A DNA stretch of 64,000 nucleotides from a marine bacterium AO1-C. Its GTDB lineage: Bacteria; Bacteroidota; Bacteroidia; Cytophagales; Microscillaceae. The notes under the pieces were generated by a model. The model was not told the origin of the DNA. It did no database searches and worked only from the letters and a program-made list of their open reading frames with translations. Where the stretch lies: assembly GCA_001890965.1 (NCBI GenBank), contig MLAY01000008.1:296341-360340 (forward strand), written 5' to 3'. Position 1 is the first letter of the stretch. Each line of letters opens with the position of its first letter. Positions 40,136-49,976 of the stretch are shown here, one piece after another. The position numbers were made by a program, and so were the translations under genes.

Positions 40136-40168
40136 AACCTACTAGATATCTATTTAGTAGGTTTTTTT
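40136..40168 (+). terminator. rho-independent terminator after the PBP gene
   Basis: cctactag...ctagtagg stem followed by ttttttt. Confidence 0.55.
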
Positions 40169-40258
40169 GTTAGAAGAGCACTAATTTTCTATAAAACCTA
40201 CTTTTTTTTGTTTTTTACAGCCAGCATTACGTAATAATAGTAGCATTACTTTGGACAA

Positions 40259-41107
40259 TTGAGAATCATGCAGGCGCTATCAAAAACTTTTAATCAAATA
40301 TTTAAAATACCCAATAAGGCATTAGACTGGCTTATTTTTCATAACTTTTATATTTCCTTAGGCGCCGTAGTTCTTACCTTTACCTCATTTGTACTGTTAG
40401 GGGTCCCTATTAATGAAGTTGATTGGGCATTACTTATTTTTATTTTTTGCGCCACCATTTTCACCTATAACATAGATCGGGTTCCCTTTTACTTTGATCG
40501 TTGGTTCCCTATTACCCTTCAAACCTTAGCAACTGTAGGTATCATTATTTGCAGCTTTTGGTTTTCCTGGACATTGCGATTCTTTTTAATTCACCTGGGG
40601 TTTATTGCGGTATTCTATTCCATTCCCAAAGGTCTAGGGTGGGTCTCCTGGTTTTCGCTCCGTCGCATTCCTTTACTCAAAATTTTTTTAGTGGCTTATG
40701 GTTGGGCAGCAGTTACCGTCATTTTACCAGTAATTAGTCTTCAAGCTGACTGGCAAACCAATCAAATTTTCTATTTATTTGTTGAGCGCTTTCTATTCAT
40801 TTTTATTATTACCATTCCTTTCGATATTGGAGACTTCAAAAATGACCAACTTAAAGGCATTATTACGCTTCCTGTTTGGATGGGCATTAAAAACACACGC
40901 TGGTTGGGTTTTGGCTTAGTAGCCCTGTTTTTACTAATCACCATTGGTTATCAAAGTAACCTTCAGTTTATACTTTCTGCTACCTTACTTATGGCGGCTT
41001 GTTGTGTTTTCTTAGTACAAGTAAATGTGCAAACCTCTAGAATGTATTACAAAAAATATGTAGATGGCTCCATGTTTTTGTATTTTGCATTGTTCAGCCT
41101 CGCTTAA
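40259..41107 (+). CDS. polytopic membrane protein, possibly UbiA-like prenyltransferase superfamily
   Basis: 282 aa with 8-9 TM segments. Two Asp-rich loops (YNIDRVPFYFDR and DIGDFKND) loosely resemble UbiA motifs. The call is tentative. Confidence 0.35.
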   Translation: MRIMQALSKTFNQIFKIPNKALDWLIFHNFYISLGAVVLTFTSFVLLGVPINEVDWALLIFIFCATIFTYNIDRVPFYFDRWFPITLQTLATVGIIICSFWFSWTLRFFLIHLGFIAVFYSIPKGLGWVSWFSLRRIPLLKIFLVAYGWAAVTVILPVISLQADWQTNQIFYLFVERFLFIFIITIPFDIGDFKNDQLKGIITLPVWMGIKNTRWLGFGLVALFLLITIGYQSNLQFILSATLLMAACCVFLVQVNVQTSRMYYKKYVDGSMFLYFALFSLA

Positions 41108-41162
41108 CTCTCAAAATATCTTATGAAGTTATCATAGCTTCCTAATCAAAAACGCGCTATTT

Positions 41163-41591
41163 ATGAAAGAAAGTAAGATTAAAACCCTTGATATTATTTG
41201 GCTTGGCTTCATGGGCGGGCAAGTCATCTTTTTAATGGTTGTATTGTTAGCATTGAAAGGAGATATGGCCCAAGAAGGACTTCGGGGAATGATTGACATT
41301 ATAGCAGCAGCTTTTTTAGTACCTAGCCTGGCCATGAGTCAACTTTTGTATAAAAAACTTATCCAACGTGCCCAGGACGCTAAAGCTACACTTCCTGAGA
41401 AATTAGCCATTTATCAAAACGCTACTATTATAAAAGGTGCTTTGATGGAAGGAGGTAATTTATTTTGTATTGTAGCCTTAATGCTTACCAATTCTCAATG
41501 GCTGGTAGTTCCTATTGTCATTGTCTTAGGCTTTTTCTTTTTACAAAGGCCTTCTGTCAATAAATTTGAAACAGAACTGGAAGGAATATAA
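41163..41591 (+). CDS. hypothetical membrane protein
   Basis: 142 aa with 3-4 hydrophobic helices. Confidence 0.45.
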   Translation: MKESKIKTLDIIWLGFMGGQVIFLMVVLLALKGDMAQEGLRGMIDIIAAAFLVPSLAMSQLLYKKLIQRAQDAKATLPEKLAIYQNATIIKGALMEGGNLFCIVALMLTNSQWLVVPIVIVLGFFFLQRPSVNKFETELEGI

Positions 41592-41632
41592 AAATGGGGT
41601 GGTTGAAATCACCCCACCTATTATAATATCTT

Positions 41633-42700
41633 TTATACTGGAGTTACAAGTACAGTCTGTTGCTCTACCTCAGCTATAATCTCTCTCCATGCCTCAAGTT
41701 CTGGAATACCCGGCTTACGCTTCCCAAACAATTGTACTACCTGTTTACCTTCTGCATCAAAACACTCAAGAGCAGTTACCATTCCATCTTTAGTAGGTTT
41801 ACGCACCACCCACACATCTTTCAATGAGGGTTCTTTCACATGCAAGTTAAAATCAGGATCCATTATGTTGAACCATTCCTGATGATCCAACAATCGCTTC
41901 ACAGGCCCAGTGTGGATTTGAATCATCCCTTTATTACCCACAAACACCATAATGGGCGTATCTCTCTCAGCAGCCAGAGTAACCACTTTACGAAAAGCAA
42001 TCGGATCAACTTTTACCGCGTAGTTTCCTTCTGGTGCCAAGCGTAAAGCTTGAGTACGGGTAACTTTATATTTTTTTAATAATCCGAAAAAATCATGGGT
42101 GTCTTCCAACTCAACCCATCCTTTTTGAAAAGCTTGAGTATTAATACTCTCGTCAGGGTGTTCAATCACTTCTTCGTCCCAGGCAAACACCTCTTGTCCT
42201 GGATTTTGATCCTCCTGACGGAACTTCGTGATTAAGCTTTCATAAGCAGTCATATCACTGTGAGGGGTCATATATATCTTATGAACAGCTTCGCCATCTT
42301 TGGCAAAAAACTGAATACTATGGCGAGGTTTATCTCGTACAATGTCAGTTACTGCATATACTGATGCCCAAGACTTAAAGAAAATACGCAAATCAATATC
42401 GGCTCCTACAAAAAGCCCTACGTGAGGATTGCTCAATGATGGATTTAAATACACACCTTTGCGTTCGTGCACCACGTCATTGTTACGAGTAAGAGCCATT
42501 ACTTTGCCTAGTTGCTCGATACCTTCTAATATATTAGCAAACTCAGGACGCAAACGCACTACATCTTCTCCGCAACGAGTCGCCAATAATTCTACTTCGC
42601 TTACGCCCAACGCTTCGGCAGCATTGCGAATACGCAAATGAGGTTGCTCGTTTTTTAATGCCTGCCATTGGGTTTTCAAGTTTCCAGAAGTGCTTTCCAT
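41633..42700 (-). CDS. hemin-degrading / heme-trafficking protein, HemS/ChuS/HmuS family (putative)
   Basis: 355 aa, the typical size for this family. It lies immediately downstream of, and co-oriented with, the hmuTUV genes. Confidence 0.55.
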   Translation of the reverse strand: MESTSGNLKTQWQALKNEQPHLRIRNAAEALGVSEVELLATRCGEDVVRLRPEFANILEGIEQLGKVMALTRNNDVVHERKGVYLNPSLSNPHVGLFVGADIDLRIFFKSWASVYAVTDIVRDKPRHSIQFFAKDGEAVHKIYMTPHSDMTAYESLITKFRQEDQNPGQEVFAWDEEVIEHPDESINTQAFQKGWVELEDTHDFFGLLKKYKVTRTQALRLAPEGNYAVKVDPIAFRKVVTLAAERDTPIMVFVGNKGMIQIHTGPVKRLLDHQEWFNIMDPDFNLHVKEPSLKDVWVVRKPTKDGMVTALECFDAEGKQVVQLFGKRKPGIPELEAWREIIAEVEQQTVLVTPV

Positions 42701-42792
42701 ATCTTTAATGGTTTATGATGAATAGTAAAAAGGAACATGCCTTTTAAATAACTCTACTCATTCATCAGTGAATAATTTTAAGTTACAAAAAA

Positions 42793-43599
42793 TCAGTTAA
42801 TCCCTACTGTTTCGGGAAAATTACCAAAATATACCACTGGGCAATGATGGTAAGGATGATGCTCCACCTTTACTGGGAAATCATAGCATAAACGTAGGTT
42901 TTCCTCTGTCAATACCTCAGTGGGACTCCCAAATCCAACTACTTGCCCTTGGTGTAGCAATAATATCTTATGGGCATACATGGCTGCCAGATTAAGATCA
43001 TGCATCACCATCAATAGCACATTGCCTTGTTGAGCAAATGTCTGTGAAAGTCGCAAACAATTATGTTGATGCCTTACATCCAGGTTGTTCAAAGGCTCAT
43101 CCAGCAACAATAGTTTGGCAGAATGCGTCTGAATATCGTGCAATTGTGCCAAAGCACGCGCCAATTGTACTCGCTGTTTTTCTCCTCCTGAAAGTGACGC
43201 ATATGACCTTTCCTTAAAGGTCAGGGTATCGGTTTGCTGCATCGTGGCTTTTATCGCTTCCCAATCTTGGGTTTGAGGGTAATTTTTAAAATGTGGGTAG
43301 CGTCCCATAAGTACGACTTCGTTTACAGGAAAATCATGACTCATTTGAATATTTTGCGTAAGCACTGCTCGCTCAAGGGCCATTTGTTGGGCAGAGGTTT
43401 TACGTAAAAGCCGCTTTTTCCATACAATATTCCCTTTATAAGGTTTATATTCCTGGCTCAAAAGCTTGATTAAAGTAGATTTACCTGCTCCGTTGGCTCC
43501 CAAAATAGCAATAAATTCTCCTGCACCAGCCTCAAATGAAATTTCCTGCAGAATATACTTATTTTTTATGCGAAATGAGATATTTTCTACCTGTAACAT
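42793..43599 (-). CDS. hmuV: heme/iron-siderophore ABC transporter ATP-binding protein
   Basis: 268 aa. Walker A GANGAGKST, signature LSGGEKQR, Walker B LLLDEP. Confidence 0.8.
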   Translation of the reverse strand: MLQVENISFRIKNKYILQEISFEAGAGEFIAILGANGAGKSTLIKLLSQEYKPYKGNIVWKKRLLRKTSAQQMALERAVLTQNIQMSHDFPVNEVVLMGRYPHFKNYPQTQDWEAIKATMQQTDTLTFKERSYASLSGGEKQRVQLARALAQLHDIQTHSAKLLLLDEPLNNLDVRHQHNCLRLSQTFAQQGNVLLMVMHDLNLAAMYAHKILLLHQGQVVGFGSPTEVLTEENLRLCYDFPVKVEHHPYHHCPVVYFGNFPETVGIN

Positions 43600-43602
43600 G
43601 GT

Positions 43603-44637
43603 CTAAACTTTAGCTTTTTGTTGGTACAAAATCAAAAGAAATACTGGTGCTCCCATTAGGGCTGTAATTACCCCTATTGGAACCTCCGCAGGTGCCACCA
43701 GGGTACGAGCAATGGCATCAGCCCAGCATAGTAATAGGGCTCCTCCTAGTGCTGAAGCTGGTAACAAGTACCTAAAGTTCGCCCCGCCAATAAGCCGTAA
43801 CACATGAGGCACCACCAAACCCACAAACCCAATCACCCCACAAAAGGCTACTGAAATACCTACCGAAAGGGCTGTTAGTATAATTACTTGAGTTTTGAGT
43901 CGCTCTACGGGCATTCCAATATGTCGGGCTTCTTGTTCGCCCAAAGCCAATGCATTGAATACTTTTGGTAAGCGTAGCAAAAACACAATGCTGGAAAATG
44001 TAGCACCTGCAATCAAACCAGTAGTAGTCCAGGTAGCTCCTCCCAAACTGCCCAATGTCCAAAAAGTAATGCTACGAAGTTGGGCATCATCAGCTAAAAA
44101 TATCAAAACCCCAGTACCTGCACCTGCCAAAGCATTGATGGCAATACCTCCTAGTAGCATCACTGTAACATTAGTTTTATGCTTTTGTCGAGACAGAGCA
44201 AAGATGAACAAGGTAGAAGCCACAGCACCCGCAAAAGTAGCGATTGATAAAAGAGAACCAGCCAACCAACTCGTAGCAAAGGTCAAGGCAGAACTGGCTA
44301 GTACAATTACCAATGACGCTGAAAATGCAGCTCCAGCCGAAATACCAATAATGGATGGCTCTGCCAATGGATTACGAAATAACCCTTGCAATGCCGTACC
44401 ACAAATGGCTAACGAAGCCCCAACCAAAACACTTGTCAATACTCTGGGTAAACGGATTACCCACAATACTGCCAATTTTTGCCCATCTACTTCTCCTTCC
44501 CACAAGCCTAGTTTGTAGAGCAATATCTTTCCCCACTCTGCCGCAGAGATACTTACTGCTCCTATACCTGAGGCCATTACCAGAGAACAGATGGCGGCAA
44601 TGAATAGGGCTATAATGATGATTTTACTTCGCTGCAA
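43603..44637 (-). CDS. hmuU: FecCD-family ABC permease (heme/iron complex)
   Basis: 344 aa with about 9 TM segments and a FecCD-like Gly/Ala-rich pattern. Overlaps hmuT by 14 bp. Confidence 0.8.
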   Translation of the reverse strand: MQRSKIIIIALFIAAICSLVMASGIGAVSISAAEWGKILLYKLGLWEGEVDGQKLAVLWVIRLPRVLTSVLVGASLAICGTALQGLFRNPLAEPSIIGISAGAAFSASLVIVLASSALTFATSWLAGSLLSIATFAGAVASTLFIFALSRQKHKTNVTVMLLGGIAINALAGAGTGVLIFLADDAQLRSITFWTLGSLGGATWTTTGLIAGATFSSIVFLLRLPKVFNALALGEQEARHIGMPVERLKTQVIILTALSVGISVAFCGVIGFVGLVVPHVLRLIGGANFRYLLPASALGGALLLCWADAIARTLVAPAEVPIGVITALMGAPVFLLILYQQKAKV

Positions 44638-45628
44638 TAGATGAAGATTCTTTGAGTTTTTTATTCAATTCAAGAGCTGCTTCGCCCAAACGAGGTCCAA
44701 AACCATTCAAAAACTGACCATCCATGGTAATGAATGCTTTGTTCCGTCCTGCATTGGTTTCTTTTACTCCAGGTGCTTTCAACAATCCTTCTGGGCCTTC
44801 AAGGCTTTTCAAGCCACTATCAAACATCAAGATCACATCAGGATTGGCTTTTATAAGTGCTTCGGCGGTCAATGGTTTAAAGCTTTCAAAACCACTAATC
44901 GCATTTTGTCCACCTGCCAAAGTAATCATTTGCTGTACCGAAGTGCCATCACCTGCTACCATCATGGTACCAGTACCGCGAGCATATATAAACAATACCT
45001 TAGGTGCTTTTTCAAGTTTATCCACTTGCCCCAATTGTTCTTTGATTTTGTTATTCAGCTCCTCCCCTACTTTTGTTTTATTCAATTGTTGGGCTACCTG
45101 GGCAATCAATTGCTGGGTTCCTTCAGGGGTGGCTTTCATTTCAAAAAGTTGTAAATCAATCTTGGCAGCTTTGATTTGTTGGGTCAACTCAGGTTTTATT
45201 TCTCCTTTTTTGCCTATTACTAAAGTAGGCTGTAGCGAAAGTACCCCCTCAGCTTGAATGTTACGGTTGTGCCCTACTTTAGGAAGCTTGCGTACACTGG
45301 CGGGGTAAGTACTGGTAACATCTACTCCTACTATATTCTTTTCATAACCCAGTGCACATAAGATTTCGGTCAAGGTGCCATTGAGTGAGACAATTCGTGT
45401 TTTTTTATCAATATTCAGTGACTGTTGATTGGCCACTTTTGCCGAAGCAGTATCTCCTTTAGGAGCACTTTTACCCTGGCATCCTCCCATTATACTGCAT
45501 AATAATAATCCAGCCCAAATGGATAGAAAACTCAGGCGGTAACGATTCATGTTGTATGGTATTTTATGTTGTTCCATCATACCTAATGTTTTATTGGTTG
45601 GCGTACTATTTAATTCTGAGGCAAACAT
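44624..45628 (-). CDS. hmuT: periplasmic heme/iron-complex binding protein (ABC substrate-binding lipoprotein)
   Basis: The likely start is the internal M (MNRYRLSFLSIWAGLLLCSIMGGCQ) with a lipobox. Class III (TroA/FhuD-like) SBP architecture. Confidence 0.7.
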   Translation of the reverse strand: MFASELNSTPTNKTLGMMEQHKIPYNMNRYRLSFLSIWAGLLLCSIMGGCQGKSAPKGDTASAKVANQQSLNIDKKTRIVSLNGTLTEILCALGYEKNIVGVDVTSTYPASVRKLPKVGHNRNIQAEGVLSLQPTLVIGKKGEIKPELTQQIKAAKIDLQLFEMKATPEGTQQLIAQVAQQLNKTKVGEELNNKIKEQLGQVDKLEKAPKVLFIYARGTGTMMVAGDGTSVQQMITLAGGQNAISGFESFKPLTAEALIKANPDVILMFDSGLKSLEGPEGLLKAPGVKETNAGRNKAFITMDGQFLNGFGPRLGEAALELNKKLKESSSIAAK

Positions 45629-45698
45629 ATCGCTTATTTAGACTAATTAAAAATAAATAGTTATTTTTATTTGGATTTATTCTAAATAACGTATTTGT

Positions 45699-47816
45699 TT
45701 GTGGCATCAATCGGAGAGAAATAACTCAGAAATGATGATGAAAAAAGTTGTTATAATATTAATAATCAGTGGATTGACCTTTCTAGAAGGGTTTTGTCAG
45801 ACAACTACTCCTGATAGTTTATCGCCAAAAGTATTGGAAGAAATTGTAGTGACTGCTACTCGTACTGAAAGACAATTGGGGTCGCTTACCACTCCCCTTA
45901 CGCTTATCAAAAAGCAGCAAATCCAAGCTTTGGGTGCACTTCGGCTAGCAGAAGTTCTTCAGGAACAAACAGGACTAGCCATTATCAGTGATCATGGGCA
46001 AGGCATTCAAATGCAGGGGTTCGACGCTGATTATACACTTATATTGATTGATGGAGAGCCTTTGATTGGACGTACTGCGGGTACTTTGGCGCTCTCGCGC
46101 ATAGCCGTTAATAATATCAAACAAATAGAAATTGTAAAAGGGCCAAGTTCAAGCTTATATGGCTCGGAAGCCTTGGCGGGAGTTATCAACATCATTACTG
46201 ATAGTCCTCAGAGTACTCAAGGAGGGCTTAATGTACAATATGGTGCCAATCAAACCCTGAATGTGAACGGGCAAGTAAGCTTTAAACATAAAAAACTAGG
46301 TGTTTCGCTTTTTGCAGATCGCTACAGCAGTCAAGGATACGATCTCAACCCTGGCACTTATGGGGCTACCGTAGAACCTTTCTCCAACTATACATTCCAG
46401 AGTAAACTCCAGTATACCTTCAATCCTGATCTAAAACTGACTCTTTCTGGCAGGTATTATCAAGAAACCCAGGAACAACGCAGTGACCTGGGAGACACTA
46501 GCCCACTGATTGTGAGTGGTGAAGGGGTACAAACAGATGGTAATTTTCAATTGACTTTAGACCAAAAAATTGGGAAAAACTTAAAGTTACAGTACAAGCT
46601 ATACCATACACTTTATGACACTGAATCGAATCTGCACTATGAGACCGATCGACAGTTATACGACCAAAGCTTTTTTAAGCAAAGGTTTACTCGCCCTGAG
46701 TTAGTTGCTAATTACTTTTTCAATGATCAACATTTTTTGACGCTGGGTGTAGGAGGAACTCTGGAATCGGTGAGGGCTACTCGCTATGAAGGTGAAAGAA
46801 GATTTAATACTCAGTATATGTTTGGTCAATACGAATGGACTCCTGTTCGAAATTTAACAGTAATGGGAGGAGCACGATTGGATATGCACTCGGTATATGG
46901 ACACCAACTCAGCCCAAAGTTGTCGGCTCGCTATCAAATCACCCCTTGGTTGGCTTGGCGAGGTTCAGTCGGAGTGGGTTTCAAAGCCCCCGACTTCCGA
47001 CAATTGTACCTCAATTTTACCAACACTACGGTAGGCTACAGTGTGTTTGGTACCGAAGAAGTAGTAGCAGGAGTAGAACGCTTTAATCAAGCAGGAGAGA
47101 TTTTAAACATTTTCACCGATCCAGCCAGCTTCACCACTTTAAACCCTGAGCGATCCATTGCTTATAATTTCGGCATAGATATGAAGTGGAAAAACGGATT
47201 GAAAGCTGAAGTGAATTTGTTTAGAAATGACATTGAAAATTTGATAGAAACCCAAATTGTGGCTCGTAAAACGAATAACCAATCCATCTTTAGTTACCTC
47301 AATTTACGTGAAGTTTTTACCCAGGGAGCAGAAGTAAATGTGACTTATAACTTCTCAAAAAACCTTCAAATCAAAGGTGGATATCAATACTTGATTGCCA
47401 AAGATAAAGCGGTAATGGATAGGTTAGATAGAGGCGAAATTTTCAAACGTGATCCTCAAACGTTGGTTACCACACGAGTAACTGCTAGTGAATATGGAGG
47501 CTTATTTAACCGCTCTCGCCATATGGCCAACGTACGGTTATTTTACACAAATAAAACGATCACCGCTAGTTTGCGCACAATTTACCGAGGTCGCTATGGA
47601 TTAGGGGATTTGAACGGGAATCAAATTTTGGATGCTGACAATGAGTATGTGTCAGGTTACTGGTTATGGAATACCTCGGTAGCTAAAGAATTTGGTAGGG
47701 TTTTGAGATTCCAGGTAGGTGTAGACAATCTACTGGATTTCAAAAATGAAACAATGATTCCAGGCATTGCAGGTAGACTTTGGTATGTGCGTGCCAGCTT
47801 CAATTTCACTAAATGA
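45699..47816 (+). CDS. TonB-dependent outer-membrane receptor (probable heme/hemoprotein receptor)
   Basis: Signal peptide (likely start at MMKKVVIIL...). Plug domain motifs (EEIVVTATRTERQL, TonB box-like), a long beta-barrel, and adjacency to hmuTUV. Confidence 0.85.
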   Translation: MWHQSERNNSEMMMKKVVIILIISGLTFLEGFCQTTTPDSLSPKVLEEIVVTATRTERQLGSLTTPLTLIKKQQIQALGALRLAEVLQEQTGLAIISDHGQGIQMQGFDADYTLILIDGEPLIGRTAGTLALSRIAVNNIKQIEIVKGPSSSLYGSEALAGVINIITDSPQSTQGGLNVQYGANQTLNVNGQVSFKHKKLGVSLFADRYSSQGYDLNPGTYGATVEPFSNYTFQSKLQYTFNPDLKLTLSGRYYQETQEQRSDLGDTSPLIVSGEGVQTDGNFQLTLDQKIGKNLKLQYKLYHTLYDTESNLHYETDRQLYDQSFFKQRFTRPELVANYFFNDQHFLTLGVGGTLESVRATRYEGERRFNTQYMFGQYEWTPVRNLTVMGGARLDMHSVYGHQLSPKLSARYQITPWLAWRGSVGVGFKAPDFRQLYLNFTNTTVGYSVFGTEEVVAGVERFNQAGEILNIFTDPASFTTLNPERSIAYNFGIDMKWKNGLKAEVNLFRNDIENLIETQIVARKTNNQSIFSYLNLREVFTQGAEVNVTYNFSKNLQIKGGYQYLIAKDKAVMDRLDRGEIFKRDPQTLVTTRVTASEYGGLFNRSRHMANVRLFYTNKTITASLRTIYRGRYGLGDLNGNQILDADNEYVSGYWLWNTSVAKEFGRVLRFQVGVDNLLDFKNETMIPGIAGRLWYVRASFNFTK

Positions 47817-47859
47817 TATTAGAATTTCAATTAATAATCAATGATAAATCAACAAACAG

Positions 47860-48477
47860 ATGTATAAATTTAGACTCTTTTTACTATTAGGACTTTTAGT
47901 GGCTTTTACGGCTTGCAAAAAGGAAGATTCGGAAACAGTAACTCCAGCACTTGAAGCGGTTACCTTTAGTAATTTAGCTGCTCCTGGCGATGTAATTGAT
48001 CGCACCACAGGGCAAGTAACGCAGGCCAATCCTTTTATTTATTTTAGTTTTGAAAAAGGCACTACAGTGAACGAATCTGAAAACTGGGATATCGGATTCA
48101 AAGGCACAACTCTCATTTTTAATAGCGGAGTAAGTGGTAATGGCCAAGGGGGTGCTATTATCAAAACAGGTACTTTTGACGAATTAACCGAAGCACCTGC
48201 TAGCACTGAATTCCGTCAAGACACTGCCTCTGAATTAGCGGTTCCTACGGGTAGCGACAATGGCTGGTACAACTATGCTGGTGCCCCTACTCATTTGATT
48301 ACTCCTCTTGCTGGAAAAATTATCATGGTCAAAACCTTTGACGGAAAATACGCCAAAGTGGAGATTTTGAGCTACTATAAAGATGCCCCTGCTCAGCCTA
48401 ATGCCTTTACTGATCAGTCAGCTACATATACTTTCCGCTATATGTATCAGGCTGATGGAAGTACAACCTTGAAATAA
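47860..48477 (+). CDS. lipoprotein, HmuY-like heme-binding candidate
   Basis: 205 aa with a lipobox (LVAFTAC). It is co-transcribed immediately downstream of the TonB-dependent receptor. Family assignment is by context only. Confidence 0.35.
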   Translation: MYKFRLFLLLGLLVAFTACKKEDSETVTPALEAVTFSNLAAPGDVIDRTTGQVTQANPFIYFSFEKGTTVNESENWDIGFKGTTLIFNSGVSGNGQGGAIIKTGTFDELTEAPASTEFRQDTASELAVPTGSDNGWYNYAGAPTHLITPLAGKIIMVKTFDGKYAKVEILSYYKDAPAQPNAFTDQSATYTFRYMYQADGSTTLK

Positions 48478-48658
48478 CCGTTACTTTCTAATTTGATATA
48501 CACAAAACCTAACTAGTTGATTCACGAAAAACAGAAGCCTAATTATAATAGATTATTAAACAATTTAGTTGAGTTTCAGCTCAATTGTTTTCGCGATAAA
48601 TATAATAATAGGGATATTCGGATAAACATTATCTGAAAATTTACATTGGTTTACAAAG

Positions 48659-48688
48659 AGCGAGGGCAATGTCCTCGCTTTTTATTTC
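48659..48688 (+). terminator. rho-independent terminator
   Basis: agcgagg-gcaatgt-cctcgct followed by ttttt. Confidence 0.55.
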
Positions 48689-48830
48689 CCTTTCAATTGT
48701 GTGATTTCATCCTTGGTATCTGTTTGAGGCCAAGTCCAGGCAGCAAATAGATTCTAAGTAGGTTAATATTTAAACTTTGCATCCTTTTATCAGCAAATAA
48801 TTTTATTGTTTGTAAAGGTCTTCAATTCTG

Positions 48831-49433
48831 TTGAGGGCCTTTTTTTATACCACATTAGGGAGTAGCTTTGTGGTATTATTCACACGCAATTCAACTATTA
48901 TGATCAAAAGATTTGTTATATATATCACATTGGTAGCCGTGGTAATGGCTTGCCAATCAGGCTCAAATAAAGAAAACCAAACCAGCACAGACACTACTTC
49001 ACATAAAGAGCACAAACATTCTCATAAGGGCAAAACAAATACTAATAATTCCGAAGAAAACTTTGACTGTCGTCATTGTGGAATGCCCTCACAAGAGTAT
49101 CCCAAATGGAAAGCCAAAATTGTAACCGAAACAGGCAATATATGGTATTGCTCCCCTCGCTGTATGTTTATTAGTATCTTGAATAAAGAAAAAGGCCCTA
49201 AAGGGGTCAAGTCTATCGAAGTTATTAGTTATTATGATACCAAACCCATCGATGCCCAAACCGCTTTTTATGTGACAGGAAGTGATGTCTTGGGGCCTAT
49301 GGGGCACGATTTGGTTCCTTTGAAAGATAAAGCCGCTGCCGAGGATTTTAAAAATGAACATAAGGGTCAAACCATTGTAACCTTCAAAGATGTGAACATG
49401 AAAATCATTCAGGAACTGGTAAATAAGCAATAG
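48831..49433 (+). CDS. NosL-family lipoprotein (copper-chaperone family) candidate
   Basis: The likely start is the internal M (MIKRFVIYITLVAVVMACQS). CxxCGM and YCSPRCM motifs, plus a V.GSDVLGPMGHDLVP..A..F segment resembling NosL. Confidence 0.5.
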   Translation: MRAFFYTTLGSSFVVLFTRNSTIMIKRFVIYITLVAVVMACQSGSNKENQTSTDTTSHKEHKHSHKGKTNTNNSEENFDCRHCGMPSQEYPKWKAKIVTETGNIWYCSPRCMFISILNKEKGPKGVKSIEVISYYDTKPIDAQTAFYVTGSDVLGPMGHDLVPLKDKAAAEDFKNEHKGQTIVTFKDVNMKIIQELVNKQ

Positions 49434-49543
49434 AAGTAAGTTTTCGGTAGAGTTAATTAAGGTAAAATTTCACTTTTTAGCAATCGCTCAATACCTTTGT
49501 CGCCTGCTTCTTCACAAAAGAAAGAGGCTTAAATCTATAATCA

Positions 49544-49888
49544 ATGAAGCAAGAATCTTCTTCTACCTCATCGGTGGGTTGGGTAGCTCGCCTTCAGGAA
49601 AAATGGGCTCTGCAAAGTGTTTGGCAAGTAATCGCAGTATTGGTTACTTTTTCATTGGCAGGCTCTAGTGTTGTCATTTTACGTAAACAATTGTTTTGGT
49701 TACTAGGCTTTGATCAGGAAACAGCCTGGTGGGTCAAAACGGTGACTTATATTTTATTGATTTTCCCTATGTATCAGATTTTGCTCCTGGCCTATGGCTT
49801 TTTGTTAGGACAATTTTCGTTTTTCTGGGAAAAAGAAAAGAAACTGGTTCGCTGGTTTGGACGCAAACTAGGACTTAGAAAGTCTTAA
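49544..49888 (+). CDS. small membrane protein
   Basis: 114 aa with two TM helices. A perfect terminator lies downstream. Confidence 0.4.
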   Translation: MKQESSSTSSVGWVARLQEKWALQSVWQVIAVLVTFSLAGSSVVILRKQLFWLLGFDQETAWWVKTVTYILLIFPMYQILLLAYGFLLGQFSFFWEKEKKLVRWFGRKLGLRKS

Positions 49889-49914
49889 AAACTGATACGA
49901 CTTATAATTTTAAT

Positions 49915-49955
49915 GCCCGAATGACAAGAAAACTCAATGTCATTCGGGCTTTTTT
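49915..49955 (+). terminator. rho-independent terminator
   Basis: 12-bp perfect stem gcccgaatgaca / tgtcattcgggc followed by tttttt. Confidence 0.6.
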
Positions 49956-49976
49956 ATGCTTTATTTTATTAATACA

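Noticed and set aside
43772-45257. ORFs antisense to or nested within hmuU and hmuT (for example 43895-44518 + and 44724-45257 +)
   Set aside because: They overlap clear FecCD permease and binding-protein CDSs on the other strand, and their translations are low-complexity.
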